From: Camelus dromedarius
Taxonomy: Eukaryota
NCBI RefSeq assembly: GCF_036321535.1
Contig: NC_087436.1
Coordinates: 117,988,001-118,052,000, forward strand
Direction: 5' to 3'
DNA length: 64,000 bases
The notes below the pieces were generated by a model, which saw only the letters and a list, made by a program, of their open reading frames with translations, did no database searches and was not told where the DNA came from. Below, piece by piece: positions 23,842 to 36,529 of the stretch. The translations under genes were made by a program, and so were the position numbers. Numbering within the stretch: position 1 is the stretch's first letter; the number at the start of each line of letters is the position of its first letter.

Positions 23842-24562
23842 TTTTAAAGAGTTTTTCTTTTTTTTTAGTTGAAGTATAGTTGATTTATAATGTTGTATTA
23901 ATTTCTGGTGTACAGTACAGTGATTCATTTATGCACATATATATTCCTTTTAATATTGTTTTTCATTATAGGCCATTACAAGATACTGAATATAGTTCCC
24001 TGTGCTGTACAGTAGGTCCTTGTTGTTTATCTGTTTTATATATAGTAGTGTGTATCTGCAAATCTCAAGCTCCCAATTTATCCCTCCCCACTCCTCCCTG
24101 ATAACCATAAGTCTGTTTTCTATGTTTGTGATTCCGTCTCTGTTTTGTAAAGGTTTATTTGTGTCTTTTTTTTTAAGATTACACAGATAAGTGATATCAT
24201 ATGGTATTTGTCTTTCTCTGTCTGACTTACTTCACTCAGTATGATAATTTCTAGGTCCATTCATGTTGCTGCCAATGGCATTATTCTTTTTCATGGCTGG
24301 GTAGTATTCCTATATATATGGGGGGGGTATAAATACCACAACTTCTTTACCTAGTCATCTGTCGAGGACATTTAGGTAGCTTCCACATCTTGGCTATTGT
24401 AACTAGTACTGCTAAATAACACTGGGGTGTGTGTATCTTTTAGAATTAGAGTTTCCTCTAGATACACGCCCAGGAGTGGGATTGCTGGATCATAGGGTAA
24501 GTCTATTTTCAGTTTTTTAAGGAAACTCCACACTGTTTTCCGTAATGGCTGCCCCCAGAAAA
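23842..24562 (-). mobile_element. 5'-truncated LINE-1 in CYTL1 intron 1
   Basis: ORF 24372-24587 [24 protein letters not shown]; perfect 18-bp TSD ctagaatttgacttttag at 23824-23841 and 24563-24580. Confidence 0.95.
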
Positions 24563-26218
24563 CTAGAATTTGACTTTTAGAATGCAATCATTTTATCATT
24601 TACTATAAGTTAGGGAACAGTTATATATATATATATATTTATGACACACACTCCTATATAGACACCTACCTATATCTATATATGCATCTATGTGTGTGTT
24701 TAAACGGTCCGATAGCTGTAATCTAGACACAGCAATATACAGTGTATAGTAATATACAAGCGTATATATGTGTATACTTTTATGTTACTACACTTCACTT
24801 TTGCTTCTATGCTGGCCTGAAGGCCAGAAGACCCAGATTCTGGTCCTACCAGACCAGAAATTCCCTGTGTGACCTGGAGTAGGTCTCCCTCCTCTTTGGG
24901 ACTCGGTGTCCCAGGGGTGAGATCAGAGAGTTAGAACACAGAATCTCTCCACTTCCTTCCAGCCCTGCAGTTCTGAGCTTATGCGTTTTTTTCAGCTTTA
25001 AAAACATATTTTTTAAAAAAGGTGATGGCTCTACGTATTCAATAGCAAGGAATCTGTGGATAAATCAGAGTGCAACGGTACAACCAAGCGTTGTTACAAA
25101 AGAAGATTAATTTATTTGACGGTGTCATTAAAACACAAATCACAAAACCGCTGCGCTGTCTGACCCAGTCTGTCTACACATGCACACATGCACGCACGCA
25201 CGCACACGATCAGCCCGCACAGAGAGCGGAAATTCCGGCCTCCGGCGTGTGATAGACGCAGCCACCTCTAGGTGGTAGGCTTGCAGTAATATTTATTTTC
25301 TTCTTTGTCTTTTGTGCCTTTTCCAACCATTTGCAAAGTATATGACTTTCATAATTTGAAAAAAATACCCATTATTTAACTTTAAAAGAGAAAATACAAA
25401 GGCACTGTTAGGGCATCATGAGCCTGGGACGTCTGGGAACCGTGCATTTTATTTAAAGTGCTCCCAAGCGGGGAAAGACACTTAAATTTTGCTGGAGCTT
25501 TTAAGTTTAATTCATTTTGTTTCTACCCTGGATAAGCAGCCAGGAGGCCGGATTCTGGTCCTGGGTGGTTGCTCTGGGACTCCCCACTCCCAGCCCCTGG
25601 GTCTCCTTCTTAACACAATGGTGAGAACACAGTGGGGTCTCCCCTGCGCGGGCTCTGCTGAGCGGGGTGTGTCTGCACCCAGCCTTCGACTCTCCAGCCG
25701 CCTGAAGAGGGTGAAGGGGCTCAGCCATCCCCTCTCAGAGCTGAGGATGCTCAGATTCGGGGCTGGATAATTTGGCCAGGGTCCTAAGCAAGTAAGGGGT
25801 GGGGCCTGTTCTAGGCGTCACCCCCTTAGCGTGTGCTGGCTAGTGAAGAGACTAAAAAAAGCTTAATTCTTTGTTCTTTGTAGACTCTATGTAGACTCTC
25901 TCCCTCTCTCTCTTTTTTTTTTTTTTTTTTTTACATTTTACAACAAATAATCTGATATCTGCTAGCTAGTTATAAACAAAAACTGTGATGTCTTTGACCA
26001 TATTTTCCTTGTGTTTCAAAGGAAGTGCAAACCATTGGCATAGTATTCCAAAGGATGGAATAAAGCACAGATACCCCTGAAATTAACATTGACCAGAAAA
26101 GAAAACTAGCGCTTTTTTCCTTCTGGTCCAAAGGCAAGTTTCGAGAGCTGGGTCTGCACAGGCCTCCCGGGCCTCGGGCCTCGGGCTTCGGGCCTCTGGG
26201 GGATCCAAGGGCACTCAC

Positions 26219-26368
26219 CGAGGGCTCGGTGGCCTGCAGGCTCTGGAAGTCGGCGGTGATCTCCCTGCTCAGGGCCAGCATCCTGGAGTAGCAGGTCGGG
26301 GGAGCCGGCCGCGCGGCAGGGGGGCCGGCCAGGAGCAGCAGCAGCAGGGGGAGCAGCTGGGGCGGCAT
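26219..26368 (-). CDS. CYTL1: Cytokine-like protein 1, exon 1 (signal peptide + PPTCYSRM...EPS)
   Basis: ATG in caccATG context; Leu-rich signal peptide; PPTCYSRM motif; donor TCG|gtgagt; 150 nt. Confidence 0.97.
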
Positions 26369-26800
26369 GGTGCAAAGGTGGCCTGACTGCAGCCCAATGC
26401 CAGTCGCCCTTTAAGCAGCAGCTTGGGGGTGGTCCTCCACGCCTCCGTTTCCTGTGGGGCCCCGCCAAGGCCAAGAGCACGCCCACCTGGCTGGGGACAC
26501 TGGAGCCTTTCAGACCTGAAAGCCCCCCTTGTTGAGGGGGGGCCGCCTGGGGGGTGGGTGAGGGACACCTGGCAGGGCAGCGAGGCCCTCCTCTCTCACA
26601 ACTTGCAATAGCGCTTTCTGTCTCGGCAGGGGCTCTTCCTGGAGTGGCAGAGCTGGCAGAGGGGCGAGTGGGAGGTTCGGTCAGAGGGGAGGGGTGGGCA
26701 GTCAGCCCCTTCAGTTGGAATGGGGACTGTTTTGTAAAGACTGGCTGATCTTCTGGAGCAGAGTTGGGGGAGGGAGAAGGACCGGAAGTGATTGGGGTCA
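26369..26800 (-). promoter_or_regulatory. CYTL1: CYTL1 proximal promoter
   Basis: TATA-like TTAAA at 26414-26410 (~42 nt upstream of the ATG); ETS ACCGGAAGTG 26781-26790 abutting CCAAT (attgg 26791-26795). Confidence 0.6.
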
Positions 26801-29384
26801 GGCAGCCTGGAGATCAGTGTCCACCCACCCCTGACCAGTGAGGGGAACTCTGGGCAGTCACTTACCCTCTGAGCAGCTGTGCCTTTGCACCTGGAAGACA
26901 GGCTTGAGCCAGCGCCCGTGGAGGGGGGAAGTGGGATCGCCCCCCACGCTAGTCCACTTCAAACTCCCAGCACAGGCTTTGGTACAGAGCAGACCCACAG
27001 GAAGGGCTAGTTCTCCAAATGGGCATCTCTTTGAGGGACGCTGCTCTGTATTTACAGGACAGTGGGTCCCAGTTATAGGAGGAAGCTCTCCCCTTAGACG
27101 CTTGCATGGTTACTCAGTTCTTCAATGAACTTGGACAAGTTCCTCAGCTCTTTCCTTCCTCTCCTTATCTGTGAAGTGGGGGTGATAAGAGCACAGTGAG
27201 GAGTGAAAGACACTGAGCTATTATCACAGTCTGAGTTAACGTCACTACCTCCTTTCCTACAAGTGTCCCTGTGAGGCAGGTGTCGCAGAAAACAGCCCCA
27301 TTTTTCCGGTGGGAAAATTGAGGCTCACGAGTTGCAGCAACTTCTCCAAGGTCACAAATGGGTCCAGTGGCGCTCCGTGCCTTGTCTTTGTTCCATCCTC
27401 CCACTCCACAGTGTAGAACTCGGGAGGAGCAGGACTCACAATCAGAGATGAGTCTGGGCTCTTGGGCTGCCCAAGACCAAGGAAGTAGCAAGGAGAAGAA
27501 GCTGTCAAAAGAGAGGAAGGTTCTTACTTAACAGCAAGCGTCAGGAGTGTACCAGTAGTGATGCACGAGCCTCATTTATACATCAGCTACACAGCTGTTG
27601 TCGCAGATGTCCTGAGCCTCACAGAGTGCTAATGAAGAGGGTGGGGTTATTCCCATTTCCCAGATGAGGAGACTAAGGGTCTTGGGGGATATAAAACTGG
27701 CTGAGGTCACAAGGCTAATAAAAGGAGGAACAGAGCTCTGGACCTGTGTTTGCTCCTCCCCAAAGCCTGTCTCACTGCAGGGGAGGGCAGAAGAGAGGCC
27801 CACGGTGGGTGGTGCACACATTCCCAGAACAAAACAACCAGAGCTGTGGACCAGAGGGCTGAAGGAACGGAGTGTGGTGTCCTGGACATGGGGCAGGATC
27901 GAGGATCAACAGCCGGAATGAAATTCTGTCTCCAGCCTCTTCCCGCTCTGTTTGCCCAGAAAAATCCCCTCTTGATCTTGGTCCCATTCGCTGTCTGTAA
28001 ACAGAGCCAGCATCACCCTGGGCAGTTGGAGGTCCCTTCCTGCCCTGACGACCTATTTTTCTAGTTTTCTGTCCTCAAGCCCTGGGCAGGGATCACAGCC
28101 TTGCCTTCCTGTTTTGCAGGTAAGAGCATGTTCTCTAAACACCTTTAGCCAGATGACCGGAGGCGCGCCTCGTGGGCGCCCTCTCAGACAGGGCAGAACT
28201 CTGTGCGTTTGGAGGTGCTGGAGGCAAACACAGAGGTGTTTTTCTTCTGGATGAAGGGCTCTCCTCACCCCCTCCCTGGCCGACAACTGGCCCCAGCCGG
28301 GGATTCCAGTCTGCTTTGAAGTGCTCCCGGGCTTCTGGATGTGCTGTCGAAGGAGCTTCAAATTCAGGACAGGGAAGGAAAACAAGCCCAGGCACCAAAA
28401 CAAGTCTTTGGACCATCCGATCGAGGGAACGCCGCTGTGCTGGAAAACAGGCGTTTCTGTGCACTTACCGGTGAGACAAACATGTCGCTGGGAGGTCCGG
28501 TCTCACTCCACCCCGGACCTGTGTGTGGTTGTTGATGGGGCTCCTCGGGCAAATCAAAAGCTTCCCCGGTGCCCTGAGCACCAGACATCCTGCTAAGTGG
28601 ATCCCGGCTGCCTTCCCACCCACCTGTGCACTCCTTCTGCATCTCGGTTTGCCAGCACCCAGCACCCAGCCGAGCAGAGAGGATGCTCGGGAGAGCCTTG
28701 CTGAACTAACCTGATGGCTGTGAATCTTGTTACTCAGGGCGAGGCACAAGCCCATTAAGAAACCCGCAGAGCACAGCCTGCACCAGCTTCACTGGCTGCC
28801 AGAGAGACCCTGCCTTAGGTGCAGGCGGTCTCAGGAGACCCGTGGTGTGCCCTGCCCCCACCCCGCTCCCCTCCCCGGCCTCCTTCAGCATCAGCCTGCT
28901 CCCTCTGGAAGGTAAATGGTAAAAATCCAGGTGGGAATTTCCCTGCAGACTAAAGCCTTTGCCTCCTCCCAAAGGTTTCTCCCATCCCCATCAGTGAGAG
29001 GAGCAGGGGCCCCATCACGGGGTGCCAGGGGAGCCAGACAGTGGGAGCTAATGGGTGGGTGAGTATTTCTCAGCTGGATACCAGCCATTTTCTTTGAATG
29101 GCTTCTTCCTTCATTCTCTGGACACTCTATTTATTGAGCGTCTACTGTGTGCAGACTTGAGATGGACAGTAGGAATAAAACAGTGAATGAGGGGAAAGAA
29201 GATGCTATTCTCACGGGAAAAAATAAAGGGCCATTTACTCACCAAACACACAGGGTAAGTGGCGTGACGGTGGAAATCCTGGTGCCCCAGGACCCCTCCC
29301 TGGCGGTGGCTCCATCTACAAGCTGAGGAACGCCGTGGGGAAGTGGGGCGGGCATGGGGGGTGGGGAACATGTATGAGAGAGAG

Positions 29385-29658
29385 AGAATTTGGAAGATGC
29401 TATGTTGCTGGCTTTGAAGATGGAGGAAGAAGCCACAAGCAAAAGGATGCAGGCAGCTTCTAGAAGCTGAAAAGGGCTAAGAAAAGATTCTCCCTTGGAG
29501 ACCCCAGAAAGGAATGCAGCCCTGCCAAGACCTTGACTTCGGTCCAGTGAGACCCGTGGTGGACTTCTGACGTCCAAAACAGTGAGGGATACATTTGCAT
29601 TGTTTTAAGACACTCAGTTTGTGGTGATTCAAGGTCAGCAGCCTCAGAAAATTGATAC
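29385..29658 (+). mobile_element. MaLR LTR (MLT1-type) 3' part
   Basis: gctggctttgaagatggaggaag...ccagaaaggaatgcagccctgcc...tgttttaagacactcagtttgtggt. Confidence 0.85.
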
Positions 29659-30469
29659 CTTCTCTCTGCGGTTCGGTAGAATAACAGAAATTAAGGCTGC
29701 AAGGAACTTAGAAATCAACCTGCCTGGAGCTTGTGCTTCCTTTACTGCTCCCCTGCCAAGCACTCATCCAGAGTCTGCTTGCATGCCAGCCTGGACGGCG
29801 AGCTCACTGCCACCTAAGGCTACTCTCCAGTCTCTGGGCAGCTCTGAACAATACAGCTTCCTCCTAAGGTGAAGGTGAGATGTGCTGACTCCCTGGAGCT
29901 GCCGCCTGTGACCTAAAACTCTTCCACAGAACAGCCCTGAGTGATTCTTCCTTCCCTCAGTCTGCCTACCATTGCTCATCCCTGCCCTTAAACAAAACCG
30001 GCGCTCCTTCAGAGCAAACACTCCAATTTCTTGGCCTTTTTCCATGGGAAATGGCTTTAAGATCCTCTTCCATGCTAGCATCACTATTAACATCTCTCTG
30101 CCCAGAGTCCTTTCTCTGGCCGGTGGCCATTTCTAAAGCAGGAATCCACACCTGCCAGCCCCTGTTTCACATTCTCCCCTGGTTTCCTGAGGCCTGGAAG
30201 ATAGTCTGAGGTCTGCGGCCTGGTCCCAGCTGAGCTCTCCAGACATCTCTGCCATCCTTCCCTGCACTGGTACTCAGGTAACGATGATGATGGTGGTGGT
30301 GGTGGTGGTGGGTGATAGCTAATCCTGGAAGTGCTGCCTTGCTCCCAGAGCTGCACAAGGGTTAATGCATTTATTCTACTATCATCATTCGAGGGCACTG
30401 AGGCACAGAGTGGTGAAGTGACTTGCTCCAAATCACACAGCATCAGCAATCCCTAGGGTTTGTGGTTAC

Positions 30470-30830
30470 CGCACCCAACTGGCCTTGGACCTTCATACAT
30501 GCTGTTCCCTCTTCTCAGAACATCTTTCCCTCACCTAGTCACTTTGATTTGTTCCTTCTCACCCTTCCAGACCGAGCTGAAATGTCACTTTGTCCAAGAA
30601 GCCTGTCTTGACCCCCAGAAGCTGGATTGGGTGCCCTCTGCCTGCATAGGCTCCCACAGCCCCTGCCCTCTCCTCTGCTCTGTCATGGCATCATCCGCTC
30701 TGGCCACTGCCTGTCTGCTTGTCTGTCCCCCATGGGCAGAGCAAGAGTCCCCCTCGTCTTTGTGTCCACAGCATGGAGGCCAGGTCCAACACAGGGCAGG
30801 TGTTCAATAGGTACCTCTCTGCTAAATGAA
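30470..30830 (+). mobile_element. L2 3' fragment
   Basis: catgctgttccctctt...gtgttcaatagg...aaatgaa. Confidence 0.55.
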
Positions 30831-31143
30831 GGTGGCCACCCCTTTAGCCACCGTGCGGTGTGTCAGTGTGTCTCCCACTGGCTAGAATCCAGACTGGAAC
30901 ACGGCCCTCCTTGAGAGGTCTGGTCAGAACGAGGCTGTCACCTCCTCGGTTTGGGCCTCTCTTGTGTCAGTTAGGACTGTAGGTTGGGAGTTACAGAAAA
31001 CACAGCTTGAGATCTCCATAGCTGGATCTTCTGGAAAGTGCAACTGGAGCATGCAGAAGCAGGGTGGAGGTCAGGAACGGTTTGATCCAGGAAATCAACA
31101 AAGTCACCAAGAAACCATCTTATTCTGTCTCTGTATTCCATAC

Positions 31144-31551
31144 TGTGACAGCCTTTGATGTGTCAATTCTGTCAGGCTACCGTCCCAGTTACTCGATCAA
31201 CTGCTATTCCGGGTGTTACTGTGAAGGTGTTTGTAGCTGCGGTTAAAGTCCATAAGCAGTTGACTCTAAGGAATAGCAGAATAGCCTAGATATTCTGGGT
31301 GGGCCTGATGCAATCAGCTGAATGATGTGAAGGGCAGAGCTGATGAAGAAGAATTTCTCTGAGGGAGAAGAAACCCTGCCTGTGGAGTAACTTTGTCCCC
31401 ACAAGTTCTAGCCTGCCCTTCCTGACAGCCTGCCCTGCTGTTTTGGACTTTCTTGGCCGGCCTCCACAGCCATGTCAGCTGATCCTCTGCAATAAAATAA
31501 ATATCTTACTATGTCTCTGCTTCTGTTTCTTCAGTTGAACCTGAACTGACA
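31144..31551 (+). mobile_element. MLT2-type ERVL LTR
   Basis: tgtgacagc...gatgtgtcaa...gggtgggcctgatgcaatcagctgaa...caataaa...ttctgtttcttcagttgaacctgaactgaca. Confidence 0.8.
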
Positions 31552-32959
31552 TATATATTACTGACTCCATCTTATAGCCAAGTGAGTCCCCATTCGGTCA
31601 CAACGTGGCTGCCACTAGAGTCCAGGACACATGCTAGCCCATCCTTTAAGCACTGAAAGAAATCCTGAGCTTTGTGCTAGTAGCAGACCCTACCCCTGTC
31701 TGTCTTGTGACCTCATATTTTCACAGTCAGAGACTCCTTTTTAGATAAAGAGCATTTAACCTTTTCTTTCTGGCTGTGCAGACTGGCATCTTCCAGTCAG
31801 TGATGCACGTAACCAGGGAAATATGTTTTGCTCCCAGCCTTAGGGGCTTATGGGAAATTCCTGAGCAAGTCATAAAAAATAGGCACTCAGTGTTTTCCTG
31901 ACCCCTTGTTATGTGGCTCAAACGCAGAATCACACCTCTCCTGACTGTTCCTTATGTTCCTGTCCTGGGTCTGCTTGTGATGGCAGCCAAAGCCGAAAAG
32001 GCCACGGCCAATCTCAGACCTCCTCTGTTGCCCAGCATCCAGCCAGGAGCTGTTTTTGCCAGTGGGTGGAAGAGTCCAGTAGCAGTTTCCATTCTGTGGA
32101 AAGCATCAGTCACACTAGACACCCGGAGCCTGAGATGCTGACATCAGGGACTGGTGCAGGAGGCCCCTTCTCTAGCAAAGAGGCCACCTCTGCGCTTCCA
32201 GCTCCTGCTTGTGTTCTGAGGTCAGAAGCCAGGAGCCAGGGATGCCTGTGCCCCCTGACCCAGCAGGGACAGCCAGGCCGCACTGGAGGGAGGGGGTGCA
32301 GGTTGAACAACTAGCCGGAACGTTGCCTCCAGCGTTCCTGTTGACAGCAGTGTTCCTTTGGTTAAAATCAACACATCGCCTCTGTTTATGGGATGTGTTT
32401 CTGAGCTTGTTCTCCTGGCAAAGCCAAGTGGAAAGTTGGCCCACATGGTCCAGAGTAAAGGAATGAGGACAAACACTGAGGCTGGCTTTTGCTCTGGGAC
32501 AGTGATTATGGAAGTAATCCCACGTTTCAGAATAGAGACCCCTCTATAAGCTCAAAAGATTCAAATTTTAATGGGAAACAGGGTGCAGGACAAGATCTCC
32601 CGAATGTTTTCCTATGGCCTGTTTGTGTGGAAAAGACTCAGAAAAAGTCTTTCCAGAAGAGCCCCAGCATGGCTTAGCAGGAAGAGCACAGGCTCTGGAG
32701 TAACACCGACTTCGGTTTAAACCCAGTTCTGCTATTATGACGTGACGGTGCAGATCTCACCAGCCCTTGTCGTCTTCTGCTGCACAGGGTTTACAGCTTT
32801 CATCGCCCAGCATTTTTGTGAAGATGAAATAAATATGAAACAGCTGGAGTGAGTGACAGTGGAGGCTGTGGCTTTCATTTTCTTTACTTTTTTTCTTTCT
32901 TCTTCTTCTTTTTTTTTTTTTTCTGGTTGTGGACCTTGTTCACTAATTCCATCTCAGGC

Positions 32960-33362
32960 CCACTCTCACCTCCCCACTATGTTAATTAATAATGATGGGC
33001 GCATGGCCCAGGATGGACCAATCAGCATCCTTCCCTGGGATGAACGGATGGGTATGGGAAGAAAGTCGCACTCTCATTCCAACAATGCCCCTACTGTGGT
33101 TGCCAGCAGTTGTGTCTCCTGCCCTGGAGTGGAGCTCTCTGCGGGAGGAGCAGGCCAGGCCAGAAGCAGAGCTGGGAGATGGAGGGAGGAAGAGTCTGCA
33201 TCTCCGACTCTAGTCCCAGAGGCCCAGACTTGGAATTCCTCCTTAGACTCTGCAAGTCACCTTGGGGTCATTTCTAGCTACAGACCTAGTGTTTCCTTTT
33301 GGCTAGAGCTGCTTTCAGTGAGACTTTTTCTCTCTTGCAAATAGAAGAGGTCTGACTGATGG
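32960..33362 (+). mobile_element. LTR16-like ERVL LTR
   Basis: catggcccaggatggaccaatcagcatccttccctgg ... ttgcaaatagaagaggtctgactga. Confidence 0.55.
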
Positions 33363-33773
33363 AGAACCCAGCAGAGCGCCCGCATAGAGCTGCACTCACA
33401 ACTACTGCTTTCGCTTTGCTGAGTCCCTATTCGTGGTGATCGTTGGTGCTGGTCCTGAAACACGCCCAGTCTGCCCTCTCCCAGACGCACACCAAGACTG
33501 AGCTTTTCCGCCTCCTTGAAGTGATGTGTGGCCAAGTGAGTTACCTTGTGCAGTGATGCAGAAGAGGACACGATGCGTTTTGCTTCCGGGCAGAAGCTTT
33601 AAGAGCCCGAGCCTGCTAGCCGCTTTCCCTCGCTCTCTGCTGTGGGACCACCAAGTCAGAGACAGTGACCGTTCCACCGGCCTCACCCCAAGGTGGAGAC
33701 CCGGAGCCATGCCTCAGCCCACCTGTGTGTGGACTGGGACTCGTTATCGGAGCAGAACAGAGCCCAGCCTGAC

Positions 33774-34402
33774 TGTGGGAGGCAGAATTCTACCCCGACC
33801 TCCAGATCCCCGTGGAGCCCTGTCCCCTTGCGTGTGGGCAGACCCTGTGGCAGATGGGGAACCGCTGCTGTGGTTGGGTTAGCTATAGGGCAACAGTGGT
33901 GGTGTGCGTGTCCTGGAGGTCACTCATCAGTTGACTCTGAGTTACTCAAAAGGGAGATTACCTCGGTGACCCTGATCCAATCCCACAAACCCTTAAAAAG
34001 CAGAGAGTTTTCTCAGGTTGGTGGCAGAAGAGGAGGTCAGAGAGACTCCGAGTGTGGAAAGGATTTGACCAGCCACCGCTGGTCTGAAGGCAGAGGGGGC
34101 ATGAGAAGGAGCAGGGGGGCAGCCTTAGGGACAGAGAGGGGCCCTGGTTGACCTCCAGCACAGAGGTGGCAACCTCAGACCTACAGCCATAAGGAACTGG
34201 GTCTGTCAATTACCTGAACAAGCTTGGGGACAGATTCTGACCCAGAGCCCCCAGAGAGGGGACCAGGCCAGTGAGACCCAGAGCGGAAAACGCAGCTGGT
34301 CCCACCCAGACGTCTGCCCCCCAGGGCCAGGAGCTAATCAGTGAGTGTTGTTTTCAGCCTTGAAGTTTGCGGTCATTCATCACACAGCACTTGAAAACAA
34401 TA
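33774..34402 (+). mobile_element. MaLR LTR (MLT1E/F-like)
   Basis: tgtgggaggcagaattct...aaagggagatta...ctcagacctacagccataaggaact...gaaaacaataca. Confidence 0.75.
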
Positions 34403-35791
34403 CACTGAAAGACACCTGATCACTTGAGGTTATTCCTTGAGGATTGTAATTTTTCAGTTTAATAACACATATGTAAGATTCCCCAGGCTGCCTTCCAGTG
34501 GTGTATTCATCAGTGTCTGTATCAGGCTCAGGATTTCCTGGTTGAGGAGTTGAGTTGGTCGTCTCTGTGTCCCTGGAGGCTGTAAGATGAGGTAAGGGTG
34601 ACACTTGGCAAAAGTGTGAAGTTGATGCGAATTTTCCGCCCAACTTCCACATCCCATCATGCGTGGTTCGGGGACCTGGGAACTAATGACAGCTAACGTG
34701 GATACGGAGCTGGCTGAGTGCTTGGTGTTTTTCTCAGTTACACTGCGCCGTGTAACCACGGCGACCCCCCTAAAGCCCTGCCGGGTGGAAGCTGGTATCA
34801 TCAGCTCCCCACTTCACAGATGAGGCACGAGTGAAACAAGAAGGAGAGTGACTTGCTCAATTAACTCGCAGTGGAGCCCAGGTTCAGACCAGACAGGCGG
34901 GCTCAAGTCTGTGTTCCTGACACCTCACTATGCTGCCACTTAAGGGAAGGGACTCTGTAAATATTTGCTGAGGGTCGGAGAGAAGGAAGAAAATCACTTC
35001 CTTACACGCTAACAAGCCGTATGATACTGGACAACTCATTATCTCCAAACCTTAATTTCCTTGGGAAATGAGAGATGACTATGTTTAAGGTGATGTTTGG
35101 ATTTTCCTCCATTCTAAACATGCTGATGCGCTGATTTTAAGGGGTCCGTGGATGAGTCTGCGGGCCACAGCATCCTGAGTGTGGGCTCTCGGGCAAAGTA
35201 GGCTCTGGTCCACCTCTCGGCCACGTGCTTGGTCCGCCTGGTTCTCGGTGTCCTGAGGTCCCGCACAGGGAGGTGGTCATTATGATTTAAGTGGGGCACC
35301 TATTTCAGGCAGACTGGGAGCTGCTCACTGGAGAGCGATCTCCCTTCCCAGACCCTGCCTCCAGGGCACCTGGAAAATTCCCTGGTTGCTAGCAGAGAGT
35401 GTGTTGTATTAGCAATTGTATTCAGAGGCCCAGATCTTTTCCCCTTTGTTTTGTTGATAGGACACCAAATGCTTCACTTAACTGATTCTTCTCAATACAT
35501 TAAGAGAACTGACTTAGCTGAGCAAAGGTGCTTGTTGCATTGGTGTCAGGCCTTATACAACCAGAGTTCTTTTAAATTTAAAAACTGAGACCCGTAGCCG
35601 GTTCTGGTTCCTGATCTATGAAAAGTCGATGCCACCATTTCCATCTTTAATGATTTATTTTATAATGAAAGATGGTCCATGTCTCATGCAATGGGATGAG
35701 TATTTCTAGAGCTACACTATATTCCCTTCGCCCATGGAAAAAATTTCTACTGCGGTAAAACATACGTAAGATAGATTTTTTAAACCATTTC

Positions 35792-36246
35792 AACCATTAA
35801 AACTTACTAAATTTTTAAAAATTGAAGTATAGTTAATTTACAATGTTGTGTTAATTTCTGGTGTACAGTGTAGTGATTCTGTTACACATATACATATATA
35901 TTAATGTTCCTTTTCATATTATTTTTCATTATAGGCCATTACAAGATATTAAATGTAGTTCTCTGTGGTATATAGTAGGACTTTGTGATTTATCCTTTTA
36001 TATATAATAATTTGTACCTGCAAATTCCAAACTCCCGATTTATCCCTCCCACCCTCTTTCCCCACTGGTAACCAAAAGTTTGTTTTCTATATGAGTCTGT
36101 CTGTTTTGTAAATAAGTTCATTTATGTCTTTCTTTTTTTTTTTAGACTCCACTTATAAATGGTCTCATATGGTATTTTTCTTTCTCTTTCTGGCTTACTT
36201 CACTTAGAATGACGATCTCCAGTTCCCTCCACGTTGATGCAAATCA
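35792..36246 (-). mobile_element. LINE-1 3' fragment nested in an older L1 3' end (host 35740-36430)
   Basis: TSD tttaaaccatttc at 35779-35791 and 36247-36259; older L1MB-like host continues caccaccatccatctccagaac...aactgaaactctg. Confidence 0.85.
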
Positions 36247-36529
36247 TTTAAACCATTTCTAAGTGTCCAGTTTGGTAACATTAAGTGTTTTCTCTTTGTT
36301 GTACAGTCATCACCACCATCCATCTCCAGAACCTTTTCACCTTCCCCAACTGAAACTCTGCACCCCTTAAATACTCACCCCTCATTTTCTCTCCCACAGC
36401 CCCTGGCCCTCACCATTCTACTTTCTTTCAGAGGCCAGCTTGATTTAGAGGTTCAAACTCAAACCAGAGACCTAAGCTCTGTCACTTTCTAGCTGTGTGA
36501 CTTTGTCTCCTCACCGCTGAAGTGGAGGC

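Larger units (their letters stand above)
21988..26368 (-). other. CYTL1: CYTL1 gene, start to stop codon (4 coding exons, 135 aa)
   Basis: Spliced product MPPQLLPLLLLLLAGPPAARPAPPTCYSRMLALSREITADFQSLQATEPS-EPCVRYLPRLYLDIH-NYCVLAKLRDFAASPQCWKVTQVDALKEKVRKLYTIMNSFCRR-DLVFLSDDCNALEYPILVTAGLPGHQS*; all introns GT-AG; six Cys; signal peptide. Confidence 0.97.

Noticed and set aside
25912..25932. Poly-T tract in CYTL1 intron 1 as another retrocopy tail
   Set aside because: No flanking TSD or convincing poly(A) signal found; treated as a simple repeat
25970..26218. 132-aa ORF continuing CYTL1 exon 1 into intron 1
   Set aside because: Similarity to CYTL1 ends at the strong gtgagt donor; the read-through part includes a (cgggcct)n repeat and is not protein-like
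30282..30312. Poly-His ORF (30167-30358)
   Set aside because: Translation of a (TGA/TGG)n trinucleotide microsatellite next to a MIR
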